Source: Bacilli bacterium
GTDB taxonomy: Bacteria; Bacillota_I; Bacilli_A; ML615J-28; CAG-698
Reading direction: 5' to 3'
DNA: 63,758 bases
NCBI GenBank assembly: GCA_035377365.1
Contig: DAOSSK010000001.1
Coordinates: forward strand, 5,599 to 69,356
Shown here: piece after piece, positions 26,478 to 35,434 of the stretch
Layout: each line of letters starts with the position of its first letter
Numbering within the stretch: position 1 is the stretch's first letter
The notes under the pieces: generated by a model
Database searches by the model: none
Seen by the model: the letters and a program-made list of their open reading frames with translations, nothing else
Told to the model about the DNA's origin: nothing
Position numbers and translations under genes: made by a program

Positions 26478-27839
26478 CTATTCTTGTGGAACCAAGTCTT
26501 CCACACTTGATAATTCTTGTAATTTATCAAGACCATTAATTTCTCCTGCTTTAGATATCGAAATCTTCGCAAAGATTGGTCCTGTCGTCTCATATACTAA
26601 AATGCTTAACATAATGATTGTGGAAATAATTGGATACATAGATGGTAATGTTGCCCCAACAATTACTAATAACCCAATGGAAATTCCCCCTTGAGGTAAT
26701 AACCCTAAGCCCAACCACTTGCGAACATTTGGGTGACTATTAGCTATTTTTGCCCCGATTGCCGTACCTAACCATTTACCAAATCCACGAGCAAAAATGT
26801 ATACCAATGCTACAATTGCTATCATCCATTCCACTTTTAAAATTCCTAAATCTAAACTAGCACCAGCCATTGTAAAGAAAATAATATAGAATGGTGTAGT
26901 AAAATCATTAACTGATTGGAATGTACGGTCTGGTCTTCTTGTAAGATTAGCTATCATCGCTCCAGTTACAATACTAGATAACAATGATGAAAGACTAATT
27001 CCGTATTGGCCTAATAATTTATCATGATTTAATAAATTAAATAATCCAACTGTTAACACAATTGATGCAACGGCTAATACTTGAATATTGTCTCTTTCGC
27101 GATCAAACTTCCTTGCTGCATAAGATAATACTATACCAATAATAGCACCTACAATCATTGAACCAAATACTTCAATAAATGGTTTACTAATCATTAACCA
27201 TAATGGCATATCAACTCCTGGTGATGGTACTAAGATTTGGGCAATTGAACTAAAGAATCCAAATACAATAATACCAAAAATATCATCTAAAGCAGTAATT
27301 GGTAAAATTGCTCTTGTAACTGGGCCATAAGCACGATATTGCCTAATAACCATCAACGTTGCTGCTGGAGCTGTTGCTGCTGACATACTTGCAAGTACCA
27401 TTGACATTGCAATATTTGGTTTTGCGAAAGGCTCATAACCAATAATTCCATGGGCCTCATTAAAACTCTGTGGTTTTGGTACAACTAACATTAATAAGAA
27501 TACTAATAATACTGCTCCTAATACCTCAAATGCTGTGAGGATTGTAATCTCCTTACCTTGCTTTTTAATATTAGCAACATTAAATTCACTACCAATACTA
27601 AAAGCAATAAACGCTAAAGCCATTTCGCTAATAAATCTCAAAGTATCTTGATCATTAGCATTAATTAATCCTTTAAAACCAGGAACGATTAATCCTAGTG
27701 ATGGTCCTAGTAATACACCAAATACTAAATAACCAGAAACATTAGGCAATTTTAAAGCTTTAGCTACCTGTCCTCCGATAAAGCCAACAATCAAAACGAT
27801 TGCGACTTTCAATAAAATGTTAAATAACATTCCATCCAT
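26478..27839 (-). CDS. Cation:proton antiporter, CPA2 (Na_H_Exchanger) family
   Basis: 453 aa with about 12-13 TM helices and a typical N-terminus ...IVGFIGGQVAKALKLPNVSGYLVFGVLLGPS. There is no fused RCK/TrkA domain. Confidence 0.8.
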   Translation of the reverse strand: MDGMLFNILLKVAIVLIVGFIGGQVAKALKLPNVSGYLVFGVLLGPSLGLIVPGFKGLINANDQDTLRFISEMALAFIAFSIGSEFNVANIKKQGKEITILTAFEVLGAVLLVFLLMLVVPKPQSFNEAHGIIGYEPFAKPNIAMSMVLASMSAATAPAATLMVIRQYRAYGPVTRAILPITALDDIFGIIVFGFFSSIAQILVPSPGVDMPLWLMISKPFIEVFGSMIVGAIIGIVLSYAARKFDRERDNIQVLAVASIVLTVGLFNLLNHDKLLGQYGISLSSLLSSIVTGAMIANLTRRPDRTFQSVNDFTTPFYIIFFTMAGASLDLGILKVEWMIAIVALVYIFARGFGKWLGTAIGAKIANSHPNVRKWLGLGLLPQGGISIGLLVIVGATLPSMYPIISTIIMLSILVYETTGPIFAKISISKAGEINGLDKLQELSSVEDLVPQE

Positions 27840-27862
27840 TTTAATCTACCTCCGTTTATATT

Positions 27863-28008
27863 AAAAAAACGCATAACTATAGTTATACGCTTAATCACTC
27901 CTATGAGGTTAGCTGACGGGTTCAGACAATTAAGTTGCCTTATGCTTTTCTTAAGCGATTCACCCCAGTAATTGGGTCCCCCACTAGAATGATTCGGAGT
28001 TCATTATT
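27863..28008 (-). promoter_or_regulatory. c-di-AMP riboswitch (ydaO-yuaA class) with intrinsic terminator
   Basis: The minus strand reads GAACUCCGAAUCAUUCUAGUGGGGGACCCAAUUACUGGGGUGAAUCGCUUAAG...GAACCCGUCAGCUAACCUCAUAGGAGUGAUUAAGCG. It is followed by the hairpin GCGUAUAAC-UAUA-GUUAUGCG plus U7 (27863-27890). Confidence 0.85.
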
Positions 28009-28037
28009 ACTCTATCAAATTTTTATTGTTTTGTCAA
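28009..28037 (-). promoter_or_regulatory. Predicted promoter (TTGACA-17-TAGAGT) of the c-di-AMP riboswitch operon
   Basis: The -35 is at 28037-28032 and the -10 at 28014-28009. The riboswitch begins a few nt downstream. Confidence 0.55.
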
Positions 28038-28094
28038 CAAGGTTTACGTTTAAATTTGCAAATTAGCATTTATTAATATTTAAATACAAGTATA

Positions 28095-28123
28095 TTGTAT
28101 ATTAGAAAATCTTGTGTTAGAAT
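28095..28123 (+). promoter_or_regulatory. Predicted promoter (TTGTAT-17-TAGAAT with upstream TG) of the uridine-kinase-like gene
   Basis: The -35 is at 28095-28100 and the -10 at 28118-28123, preceded by TGt. It is divergent from the riboswitch promoter. Confidence 0.5.
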
Positions 28124-28143
28124 ATGTTTGTTAGAGGTGAGGT

Positions 28144-29184
28144 ATGAAAAAATATTTGCTTTATTTTGCTCTTCATTATCCGAAATCAGAAATTGAAGAC
28201 TATATCAAAATGATTCACCAAAGTGAATATCACCTAAATGAAACTATTACAAACGATAGTTATGCTTTTTTGGTTCAAGAATATGAAAAAGCAAAACCTA
28301 ATAGTAAGTTTTTATACGAATATATAAGCGAGGATGTTGTAAGAGTAAATCTTGGAAATTATAAAGCTTCCGAGTTTTCTCTTCACTACTTATTTGATTC
28401 ATTTAAAGAAACTATTAATAACAATCAAGGTTCAATTGCAAGTATGGACGAGAAATTAGCTCTTCTTTTAGATTTAATTAAATCCAAAGAAATAGCCTTA
28501 GATTATGATGATTCTTTAAAGAAGATAGAAAATTATAAAAAGTTAGGATACCCTGCTATTCACCATAGTGAAGCTTTTAAAAAAGCATATGATCCTCACT
28601 ATCGTATTATTCAAAGTTCTAATTTAACACCAGGATTAAAAGATTTTCATTTGTTTTATTTTCTTGATAATTTAATCAAAGAAAAAAATAAACTAATCGT
28701 TGCAATTGATGGTAGATCTAGCTCTGGTAAAACTACTGTAGCTCTAACTTTAAAAGAAAAATACAACGCAACTATTATTCATATTGACCATTTCTTTTTA
28801 CCTAACTTTTTAAAAACTAAAGAAAGATTAGCAGAAATAGGTGGCAATATTAATTATGAAGAAATAGAAAAAGTTTTAAGAGAAATTAAGCACAATACTA
28901 CTTATACTTATCAAGCTTTTGATTGCAAAGTCCAAGAATACTATCCAGTAACAATCGAAACTTCTAATCTTATTGTTTTTGAAGGTGTTTATAGTTTACA
29001 TGAAAAACTATTTCCTTATTATGACACTAGTGTCTTGCTAACATTATGTAAAAAAGAACAAATTAGTCGTTTAAAACAAAGAGAAACACCAGCTATTTAC
29101 TTACAATTTTTAAATGAATGGATTCCTTTAGAAAATGAATATTTTACAGATAATTTATATAAAAAAATCGGGATTATTATTTAA
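28144..29184 (+). CDS. Uridine kinase-family P-loop protein with a ~185-aa N-terminal domain of unknown function
   Basis: The C-terminal half has IVAIDGRSSSGKTT (Walker A), IIHIDHFF and LIVFEGVY, typical of the Udk/PRK family. I do not recognise the N-terminal half. An AGAGGTGAGG SD is present. Confidence 0.6.
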   Translation: MKKYLLYFALHYPKSEIEDYIKMIHQSEYHLNETITNDSYAFLVQEYEKAKPNSKFLYEYISEDVVRVNLGNYKASEFSLHYLFDSFKETINNNQGSIASMDEKLALLLDLIKSKEIALDYDDSLKKIENYKKLGYPAIHHSEAFKKAYDPHYRIIQSSNLTPGLKDFHLFYFLDNLIKEKNKLIVAIDGRSSSGKTTVALTLKEKYNATIIHIDHFFLPNFLKTKERLAEIGGNINYEEIEKVLREIKHNTTYTYQAFDCKVQEYYPVTIETSNLIVFEGVYSLHEKLFPYYDTSVLLTLCKKEQISRLKQRETPAIYLQFLNEWIPLENEYFTDNLYKKIGIII

Positions 29185-29740
29185 TCCCGTTTTTTCTTAC
29201 TAAATTATAAAAATCATCATCCGTAATACCATAGGCCTTTACATCATAAGTTTTTCCATCATAGGCTTGATATCCTTTTTTCTTAATTCCTTCAAAAGTA
29301 AAATTAAGTTTTTCCAAGACCTTTTGTGATGATAGATTGTCTAAAAAAGTATGAGCCTCAATTCTTTTTAAATGTACTTCATCAAACCCCCAAACAACTA
29401 CTGCCTTAGCTGCTTCTGTTATATAGCCTTGATTCCAATACTTTGGATTAAGACAAAATCCTAACTCGGCTTTATAATCTTTGGTATAACTATGAAGTTC
29501 AATTGTGCCAATCATTTTTCCTGTTTCTTTTAAAATAATAGCAAAATTACCTAACTGCCCAAACCTAATTTTATCACGAGACATCCTAATAACAATTTTT
29601 GTTTCTTTTTCATTCACATGTGGTCTCCAACCAGCTAAATGAGCAACATCTGGCAACTTGGCAAATTCATAAAAATCATGTATGTCTTCATCATCAATTA
29701 AACGAAGGATTAATCTTTCGGTTTCAATTATTGGTAACAT
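29177..29740 (-). CDS. GNAT family N-acetyltransferase (RimJ/RimL-like)
   Basis: 187 aa starting TERLILRL. It has the ...WNQGYITEA... acetyl-CoA-binding region and a C-terminal LEKLNFTFEG block typical of Acetyltransf_3. Confidence 0.75.
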   Translation of the reverse strand: MLPIIETERLILRLIDDEDIHDFYEFAKLPDVAHLAGWRPHVNEKETKIVIRMSRDKIRFGQLGNFAIILKETGKMIGTIELHSYTKDYKAELGFCLNPKYWNQGYITEAAKAVVVWGFDEVHLKRIEAHTFLDNLSSQKVLEKLNFTFEGIKKKGYQAYDGKTYDVKAYGITDDDFYNLVRKNGIK

Positions 29741-29748
29741 AGATCCTC

Positions 29749-30525
29749 CTATTCAATAATCCTTATTGTTTCTATTTTAGAAACTTTTTTTAATTGTTCA
29801 TCATATTCTACTAAAATCGCCGAAAATTGAGTTTTACCTTCGTTCTCTGGCTCAAATCTTAGAGTCTCTTTTCCTAAGAAACGAGTAATGATGATATCTT
29901 TTTGAACACCAAGTACACTCTCTAAAGCACCAGTCATACCTACATCAGTAATATAAGCTGTTTTCCCATTTAGAATTGTAGCGTCGTTTGTTTGAACATG
30001 TGTATGAGTTCCAAAAATAATATCAATTTTACTTGTAAAGTAATAACCAAAAGCAATAGCTTCACTTGTAGCTTCACTATGGAAATCACAAATATAGATA
30101 TCACTTTTTACATTTTCTAAAATTTCATCTACAACTAAAAAAGGATTTTTAGTATTATTACCTGGCATAAAAATTTGGCCTAAAACTTGGATTACAGTAA
30201 TTGTTAGGTCATTGTATTTTTTGGTAACATATCCAACACCATATTCTGTGTCAATATTTGCTGGTCTTACGATATTTTTTGTTTTGTTTATATAGTTAAA
30301 GATCTCTTTATTATTAAAAGCATGATTACCTAAAGTAACTACATTGACTCCTTGCTCTAGTAACCATTTATAATGTTTCTCATTCATTCCTTTTCCGTGA
30401 GTTATATTTTCTCCATTTACTATAAGAAAGTTAATTGTCTCTTTTGCTTTAATTTTAGCTAACCCTGAAGCAAAAGCCTTTCTTCCTAGTTTAGAATAAA
30501 TATCCCCTACAATCAATATCTTCAT
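29749..30525 (-). CDS. ymdB: 2',3'-cyclic-nucleotide 2'-phosphodiesterase YmdB (metallophosphoesterase)
   Basis: Starts MKILIVGDIYSKLGR and carries the GENITHGKG, DFHSEATSE and GTHTHVQTND motifs. It lies directly downstream of rny, as in Bacillus. Confidence 0.85.
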   Translation of the reverse strand: MKILIVGDIYSKLGRKAFASGLAKIKAKETINFLIVNGENITHGKGMNEKHYKWLLEQGVNVVTLGNHAFNNKEIFNYINKTKNIVRPANIDTEYGVGYVTKKYNDLTITVIQVLGQIFMPGNNTKNPFLVVDEILENVKSDIYICDFHSEATSEAIAFGYYFTSKIDIIFGTHTHVQTNDATILNGKTAYITDVGMTGALESVLGVQKDIIITRFLGKETLRFEPENEGKTQFSAILVEYDEQLKKVSKIETIRIIE

Positions 30526-30569
30526 TTAGTACCGCCTTCTAGAATATAAACATTATACCACATTTTTAT

Positions 30570-30597
30570 AAAAAAAGGAAATGATTGCTCATTTCCT
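30570..30597 (-). terminator. Intrinsic terminator/attenuator after rny
   Basis: GGAAAUGA / UCAUUUCC forms an 8-bp stem with a 4-nt loop, followed by a U6 tract. It overlaps the rny stop codon. Confidence 0.65.
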
Positions 30598-32182
30598 ATT
30601 TTGCAACTTGATTTACCCTTGTTTCTCTAATTACTGTAATCTTAATTGTACCTGGGTAAGTTAGTTCTTTTTCAATTTCTTTCTTTAATTCAAGAGCTAG
30701 CTTTTCTGCTTGAGCATCATTGATTTCAGCTGGTTTAACCATTACTCTGATTTCTCTGCCTGCTTGTAATGCATAACTGCGCTCTACACCTTTGTGTTTT
30801 GAAACTAGGGCTTCTAGGGCTTCTAAACGTTTGATATATGCTTCGATAGATTCGTTTCTTGCTCCTGGACGAGCGGCAGAAATAGTATCAGCTGTTGCCA
30901 CTAAAACAGCAATAATTGAATTAGCTGTTTCATCTCCATGATGGCTTAATACGGCATCAATAACTTCTGGTCTTTCACGATATCTTCTAACAATATCAGC
31001 ACCTAACTCTACGTGACTACCTTCCATAGTAGTATCTACTGCTTTTCCAATATCATGGAATAAGCCTGCACGGCGAGCTACGATTTCGTTTTCTCCAATT
31101 TCAACTGCTAAATTGCCGGCGATCATTGCAACTTCAATTGAATGAGCTAGAGCATTTTGACCATAACTAGTACGGAATTTTAATCTTCCAAGTAATTTTA
31201 CTAATTCTGGATGTACACGGCCAATACCTGTATCATAAACTGCTTTATCTCCAGCTTCTTTAATTTCAAGTTCCATTTCTTTCTCAAACTTTTGAACAAT
31301 TTCTTCAATTCTTGTTGGTTGAATTCTACCATCAGAAATTAAAGCTTCTAAAGTTCTTCTAGCAACTTCTCTTCTAACAGGATCAAAACAAGAAACAACT
31401 ACAGCTTCTGGTGTATCGTCGATAATCAAATCAACTCCAGTAGCAGCTTCTAAAGCACGGATGTTTCTTCCTTCTCTTCCTATTATCCTTCCCTTCATTT
31501 CATCATTAGGTAAGTTAACTACTGAAACTGTTTGTTCAGCTACAATCTCGCCTGCATAAGTTTGAATAACTTGTGTTAAAAGTTCTTTTGTCTTCTTATG
31601 AACTTCGGCGTTAGCTTTGTCAACTCCCTCTTTCACAATCTGAGATATTTCTAAATCCATTTCTTCTTCAATTTGTTTTAGAACTATCTTCTTTGCTTCT
31701 TCTTTGTCTAGTTTAGAAATTTCCAATAATTTTTCTGTTTGTTCTTGAACTAGTGTCTCCACTTTGCTAGTTTTTTCGTCTAATTCTACTTTTTGCTTTT
31801 CTAAAGCTTCTTCTTTGCGAGAAATAGTACTTTCTCTTTTATCAAGATTGATGCTACGATTATCTAATCTTTCTTCCCTTTGTGTTACTTTTGTTTCTAA
31901 AGAATTTAAGTAATTTGTACGTTCTCTATTTTCTTTTTCAAATTCTTGTTTTAATAGATGAACTTCTCGTTTAGCACCAAGTATCAATTCCTTTTTATAT
32001 TCGTCAGCTTCTTTCTGAGCAACTTCTAAAAATGCTTTAGCAGATTGTCCCGCTTTTTTTAGTTTGGAGCGAACTACGTAAAAGCCAAGAGCAAATCCAC
32101 CAGCTAATAGCAATATGGAGCCTAGAACAATTAATACTACTGTTACAGCAGGTGATACCGCCATAACAATTAATTCGTTCAT
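30596..32182 (-). CDS. rny: Ribonuclease Y
   Basis: N-terminal TM anchor, coiled coil, KH domain (GRIIGREGRNIRALE) and HD domain (LFHDIGKA). The preferred start is ATG 32182 (GGAGG 6 nt upstream); the ORF track extends to 32197. Confidence 0.95.
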   Translation of the reverse strand: MNELIVMAVSPAVTVVLIVLGSILLLAGGFALGFYVVRSKLKKAGQSAKAFLEVAQKEADEYKKELILGAKREVHLLKQEFEKENRERTNYLNSLETKVTQREERLDNRSINLDKRESTISRKEEALEKQKVELDEKTSKVETLVQEQTEKLLEISKLDKEEAKKIVLKQIEEEMDLEISQIVKEGVDKANAEVHKKTKELLTQVIQTYAGEIVAEQTVSVVNLPNDEMKGRIIGREGRNIRALEAATGVDLIIDDTPEAVVVSCFDPVRREVARRTLEALISDGRIQPTRIEEIVQKFEKEMELEIKEAGDKAVYDTGIGRVHPELVKLLGRLKFRTSYGQNALAHSIEVAMIAGNLAVEIGENEIVARRAGLFHDIGKAVDTTMEGSHVELGADIVRRYRERPEVIDAVLSHHGDETANSIIAVLVATADTISAARPGARNESIEAYIKRLEALEALVSKHKGVERSYALQAGREIRVMVKPAEINDAQAEKLALELKKEIEKELTYPGTIKITVIRETRVNQVAK

Positions 32183-32303
32183 ATCTACCTCCATCATTTA
32201 ATATATCTGATCTTTATAAATTAGTTTATATAAATATCTATAGTTATTATACACCAAATAAGTGGTTTAGTCAATTAAAAGATTTAAGCCTTTTTTACCT
32301 ATC

Positions 32304-32335
32304 ATAAAAAAATAGTCTTGATAAACAAGACTATT
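32304..32335 (-). terminator. Intrinsic terminator of recA
   Basis: AAUAGUCUUG / CAAGACUAUU forms a 10-bp stem with a 5-nt loop, followed by a U-tract. It overlaps the recA stop. Confidence 0.75.
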
Positions 32336-33317
32336 ATTTATATGCTTCTCTAACTTTATCTTCTATTTCTTTCGTAAGGTTAGGATTTTCTTCTAAGAAC
32401 TTCTTCACGTTCTCTTTTCCTTGGCCTAATTTCTCATCATTGTATGCATACCAAGATCCTGATTTCTTCACAATATCTTTATCAACTGCCATATCGATAA
32501 TTTCAGCTGTACGAGAAACACCTTTACCATAAATTAAATCAACATCGCAAACTCTAAATGGAGGAGCTACTTTATTCTTTACAACTCTAATTCTAGTTAA
32601 GTTACCTATTGGATCTCCTTCGCTCTTTAATTGTTCAATACGTCTAACATCTAAACGAATTGTAGAGTAGAACTTTAAGGCTCTACCTCCAGTTGTAGTT
32701 TCTGGGTTACCAAAGAAAACTCCTACTTTTTCTCTAATTTGGTTAATAAAAATAGCAATTGTTTTTGTTTTAGAAATAACACCACTTAGTTTTCTCATCG
32801 CTTGACTCATAAGTCTTGCTTGTAAGGCTACATGTGCATCTCCCATATCACCATCAATTTCTGCTTTTGGTACTAAAGCTGCAACTGAATCTATTACGAT
32901 AATATCAATCGCCCCACTTCTAATTAAGTACTCAGCAATCTCTAAAGCTTGTTCTCCAGTATCTGGTTGAGAAAGAATTAAATTCTCAATATCTACTCCT
33001 AAAGCAGCTGCATATTTAGGGTCTAATGCATGCTCAGCATCAATAAATGCTGCATAGCCTCCAGCTTTTTGAGCTTCTGCTATCGCATGTAAAGCAAAAG
33101 TCGTTTTTCCTGAACCTTCTGGTCCATATATCTCTACAATTCTACCTCTTGGATAACCCATAACACCAAGTGCGATATCTAATTTTAAAGATCCTGATGA
33201 AATAACTTCGATATCACCAATTGAGTGATCACCAAGTTTCATGATTGAACCTTTACCATATTCTTTTTCTATTTGCTTGAAGGCTTCCTTCAAAGCTTGT
33301 TCTTTTTCTTTAGCCAT
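32334..33317 (-). CDS. recA: Recombinase A
   Basis: 327 aa with Walker [10 protein letters not shown] and the conserved [22 protein letters not shown] loop regions. Confidence 0.97.
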   Translation of the reverse strand: MAKEKEQALKEAFKQIEKEYGKGSIMKLGDHSIGDIEVISSGSLKLDIALGVMGYPRGRIVEIYGPEGSGKTTFALHAIAEAQKAGGYAAFIDAEHALDPKYAAALGVDIENLILSQPDTGEQALEIAEYLIRSGAIDIIVIDSVAALVPKAEIDGDMGDAHVALQARLMSQAMRKLSGVISKTKTIAIFINQIREKVGVFFGNPETTTGGRALKFYSTIRLDVRRIEQLKSEGDPIGNLTRIRVVKNKVAPPFRVCDVDLIYGKGVSRTAEIIDMAVDKDIVKKSGSWYAYNDEKLGQGKENVKKFLEENPNLTKEIEDKVREAYK

Positions 33318-33327
33318 TTTCTTCCTC

Positions 33328-33930
33328 CTATTTTGATTTTAATATTACATCTTTATTTTTAATAAAGTAATCTATTCCCGATACTAGTGTAGTTAGCCCT
33401 GCAAAGCTAATTAATATTAATGCAGTTATGTCTTTCGCATTTCCTCCAATAAATGTAAATGGATAGCATTCTAGTAATAAAAATATTACCATAACCATTT
33501 GCGATACTGTTTTGATTTTGCCTAGTTTACTTGCTGCTATAACAACATTATTTTGAACAGCAATTAGCCTAATTCCCGTAACCATAAACTCTCTAGCTAC
33601 AATAAGGATCAAAACAAATCCTAAAGGAAAACCAAATGCTGTCATTTTACCTTGTTCTAAAAGGATAAGCAATGTAGAGATTACTAAGACTTTGTCAGCC
33701 ATTGGATCCATAAATTTCCCAAAATCGGTAATAAGATTATTTTTTCTTGCAATGTGTCCATCTAGGTAATCCGTAAACGAAGCAATTAAAAAAACAATTA
33801 AAATAATAAAGTTTCCTACTGTAACTTCTTTAAAAATATAACTATCATAAAGAGGACTAATTAAAGCTATAATAACAATAACTGGAATTAATGCAACTCT
33901 AAACAGTGTTAATTTATTTGGTAGATTCAT
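33328..33930 (-). CDS. pgsA: CDP-diacylglycerol--glycerol-3-phosphate 3-phosphatidyltransferase
   Basis: CDP-alcohol phosphatidyltransferase motif [27 protein letters not shown]. It lies upstream of recA, as in Bacillus. Confidence 0.9.
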   Translation of the reverse strand: MNLPNKLTLFRVALIPVIVIIALISPLYDSYIFKEVTVGNFIILIVFLIASFTDYLDGHIARKNNLITDFGKFMDPMADKVLVISTLLILLEQGKMTAFGFPLGFVLILIVAREFMVTGIRLIAVQNNVVIAASKLGKIKTVSQMVMVIFLLLECYPFTFIGGNAKDITALILISFAGLTTLVSGIDYFIKNKDVILKSK

Positions 33931-33974
33931 ATATTCACCTTCTATATATTATATTATACTATAAACAACTAAAT

Positions 33975-35063
33975 TTATAAAGAATTATGTTTTTTTAAAA
34001 TGCTTTTTCCAGCTGTTATACCAGAGATAATCGCAAAGCCAATATTGAATCCTCCACACCTTGCATCAATATCTAACACTTCCCCAATTACATACAAATT
34101 AGGTTTAATTTTGGAAGAAAAATCATAACCAATTTCGCTTAAGTCTAAACCACCTTTAGTAATTTGTGCTTCATTATAACTATTTAAACCTAAAGTGGTA
34201 AATCTAAAATCTTTTAAAGTAGATATAATATTACCTCTTTTTTTAACTTCTAAAGCTAACATTTTAGGTAAAAGTGAATTTAAAAGTTGATCTTCATCTT
34301 TAAACTTTGCTTTTAGTGTTTTTAACTCTTCTTTTGAATATTCTGGAACTAAATCAAAACTTACCTCACACCCTTCTTCGTAATAACGAGAAAGATCTAA
34401 AGTAACAATCCCTGATAAGGCATCTTCTCTAAATTGCACTTCACCTTCATCACTAAATAAAACTTTATTGCCTTTTAAAATACTTGCCTTTACTTTAAAG
34501 CGAAGTCCTTTCAAAGGTCTTAAATCTTCTTTTACCTTTAGGGTTGTTAGGGCTGGATTTAAATCAGTTACTTTATGTCCTAAGTTAGTAAAATAGTTAT
34601 AACCATTATATTTACTTTGAGCATAACTTCCAGTTGCGATGATTGTAATTCCTTTTAAATCTAAATCACCACGAAAAGAAGTTACAACTTTGATATCTAA
34701 TTCTTTAAGTTTTTGTAAGTAAGCAGTTAAAACTGATGTTGCTTTTTCACTATATGGATACAATCTTCCATAATCATCTTTTCTTAAGACTAAACCTAAA
34801 TCATCCAAAACAAAACTATTTAGATCTTTGCTATTTGTTATCTTTAAAACCTCTTCCATAAATGAAGAATTATTATAGTTACTAGCATTGTCCAAATCGG
34901 TATTACTTAAATTACACTTGCCATTTCCTGTTCTAAGAATCTTTTGACCAACACGATCATTAGCTTCATATAAAGTAATATCTAATTTTGGATTTCTTTT
35001 CTTTAAATAAATGGCTGCTGTCATACCGGAAATACCAGCACCATAGATATTTATTTTATTCAT
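33975..35063 (-). CDS. NAD(P)/FAD-dependent oxidoreductase, HI0933/YhiN-like flavoprotein
   Basis: N-terminal dinucleotide fold IYGAGISGMTAAIYL, then GNGKCNLSN, and a C-terminal GEVLDIDARCGGFN typical of the HI0933 family. Confidence 0.7.
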   Translation of the reverse strand: MNKINIYGAGISGMTAAIYLKKRNPKLDITLYEANDRVGQKILRTGNGKCNLSNTDLDNASNYNNSSFMEEVLKITNSKDLNSFVLDDLGLVLRKDDYGRLYPYSEKATSVLTAYLQKLKELDIKVVTSFRGDLDLKGITIIATGSYAQSKYNGYNYFTNLGHKVTDLNPALTTLKVKEDLRPLKGLRFKVKASILKGNKVLFSDEGEVQFREDALSGIVTLDLSRYYEEGCEVSFDLVPEYSKEELKTLKAKFKDEDQLLNSLLPKMLALEVKKRGNIISTLKDFRFTTLGLNSYNEAQITKGGLDLSEIGYDFSSKIKPNLYVIGEVLDIDARCGGFNIGFAIISGITAGKSILKKHNSL

Positions 35064-35086
35064 TTTCCACCTCGGATTTTATTTCC

Positions 35087-35115
35087 TTGCTTTTTTATAA
35101 ATTATTTGGTATAAT
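35087..35115 (+). promoter_or_regulatory. Predicted promoter (TTGCTT-17-TATAAT) of rpsT
   Basis: The -35 is at 35087-35092 and the -10 at 35110-35115, with a 17-nt spacer. Confidence 0.55.
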
Positions 35116-35141
35116 ATTATAGATAAATATTGGAGGTTACT

Positions 35142-35411
35142 ATGGCAAATATTAAACAACAAGCTAAACGTAATATTACAAATGAGAAAAGAAGACTAAG
35201 AAATGTTTCTTTAAAATCATCAGTACGTACAGCTATTAAAAAAGTAGAATTAGCTATTTCTAATGATAACTACGCAGAAGCTTTAGAACTTTACAAAGTA
35301 GCAGCTAAGAGACTTGACACAGCTCAAGGTAAAGGTGTATACCATAAAAACTCAGTTGCTAGAAAGAAATCTCATCTTTGTAAGGCTATCAATAAAATAG
35401 CACCAAAATAA
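35142..35411 (+). CDS. rpsT: 30S ribosomal protein S20
   Basis: Starts MANIKQQAKRNITNEKRR. A GGAGG SD at 35132-35136 precedes the ATG at 35142; the ORF-track start at 35130 overlaps the SD. Confidence 0.9.
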   Translation: MANIKQQAKRNITNEKRRLRNVSLKSSVRTAIKKVELAISNDNYAEALELYKVAAKRLDTAQGKGVYHKNSVARKKSHLCKAINKIAPK

Positions 35412-35434
35412 GTCGTGAATAACGGCTTTTTTTT
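35412..35434 (+). terminator. Weak intrinsic terminator after rpsT
   Basis: GTCGT-GAATA-ACGGC forms a 5-bp stem with one G.U pair, followed by T8. Confidence 0.45.

Noticed and set aside
32334-33317. A check for inteins or insertions in recA, the replicative helicase (58154-59482) and polA.
   Set aside because: Their lengths (327, 442 and 873 aa) and motif spacing are those of uninterrupted proteins.
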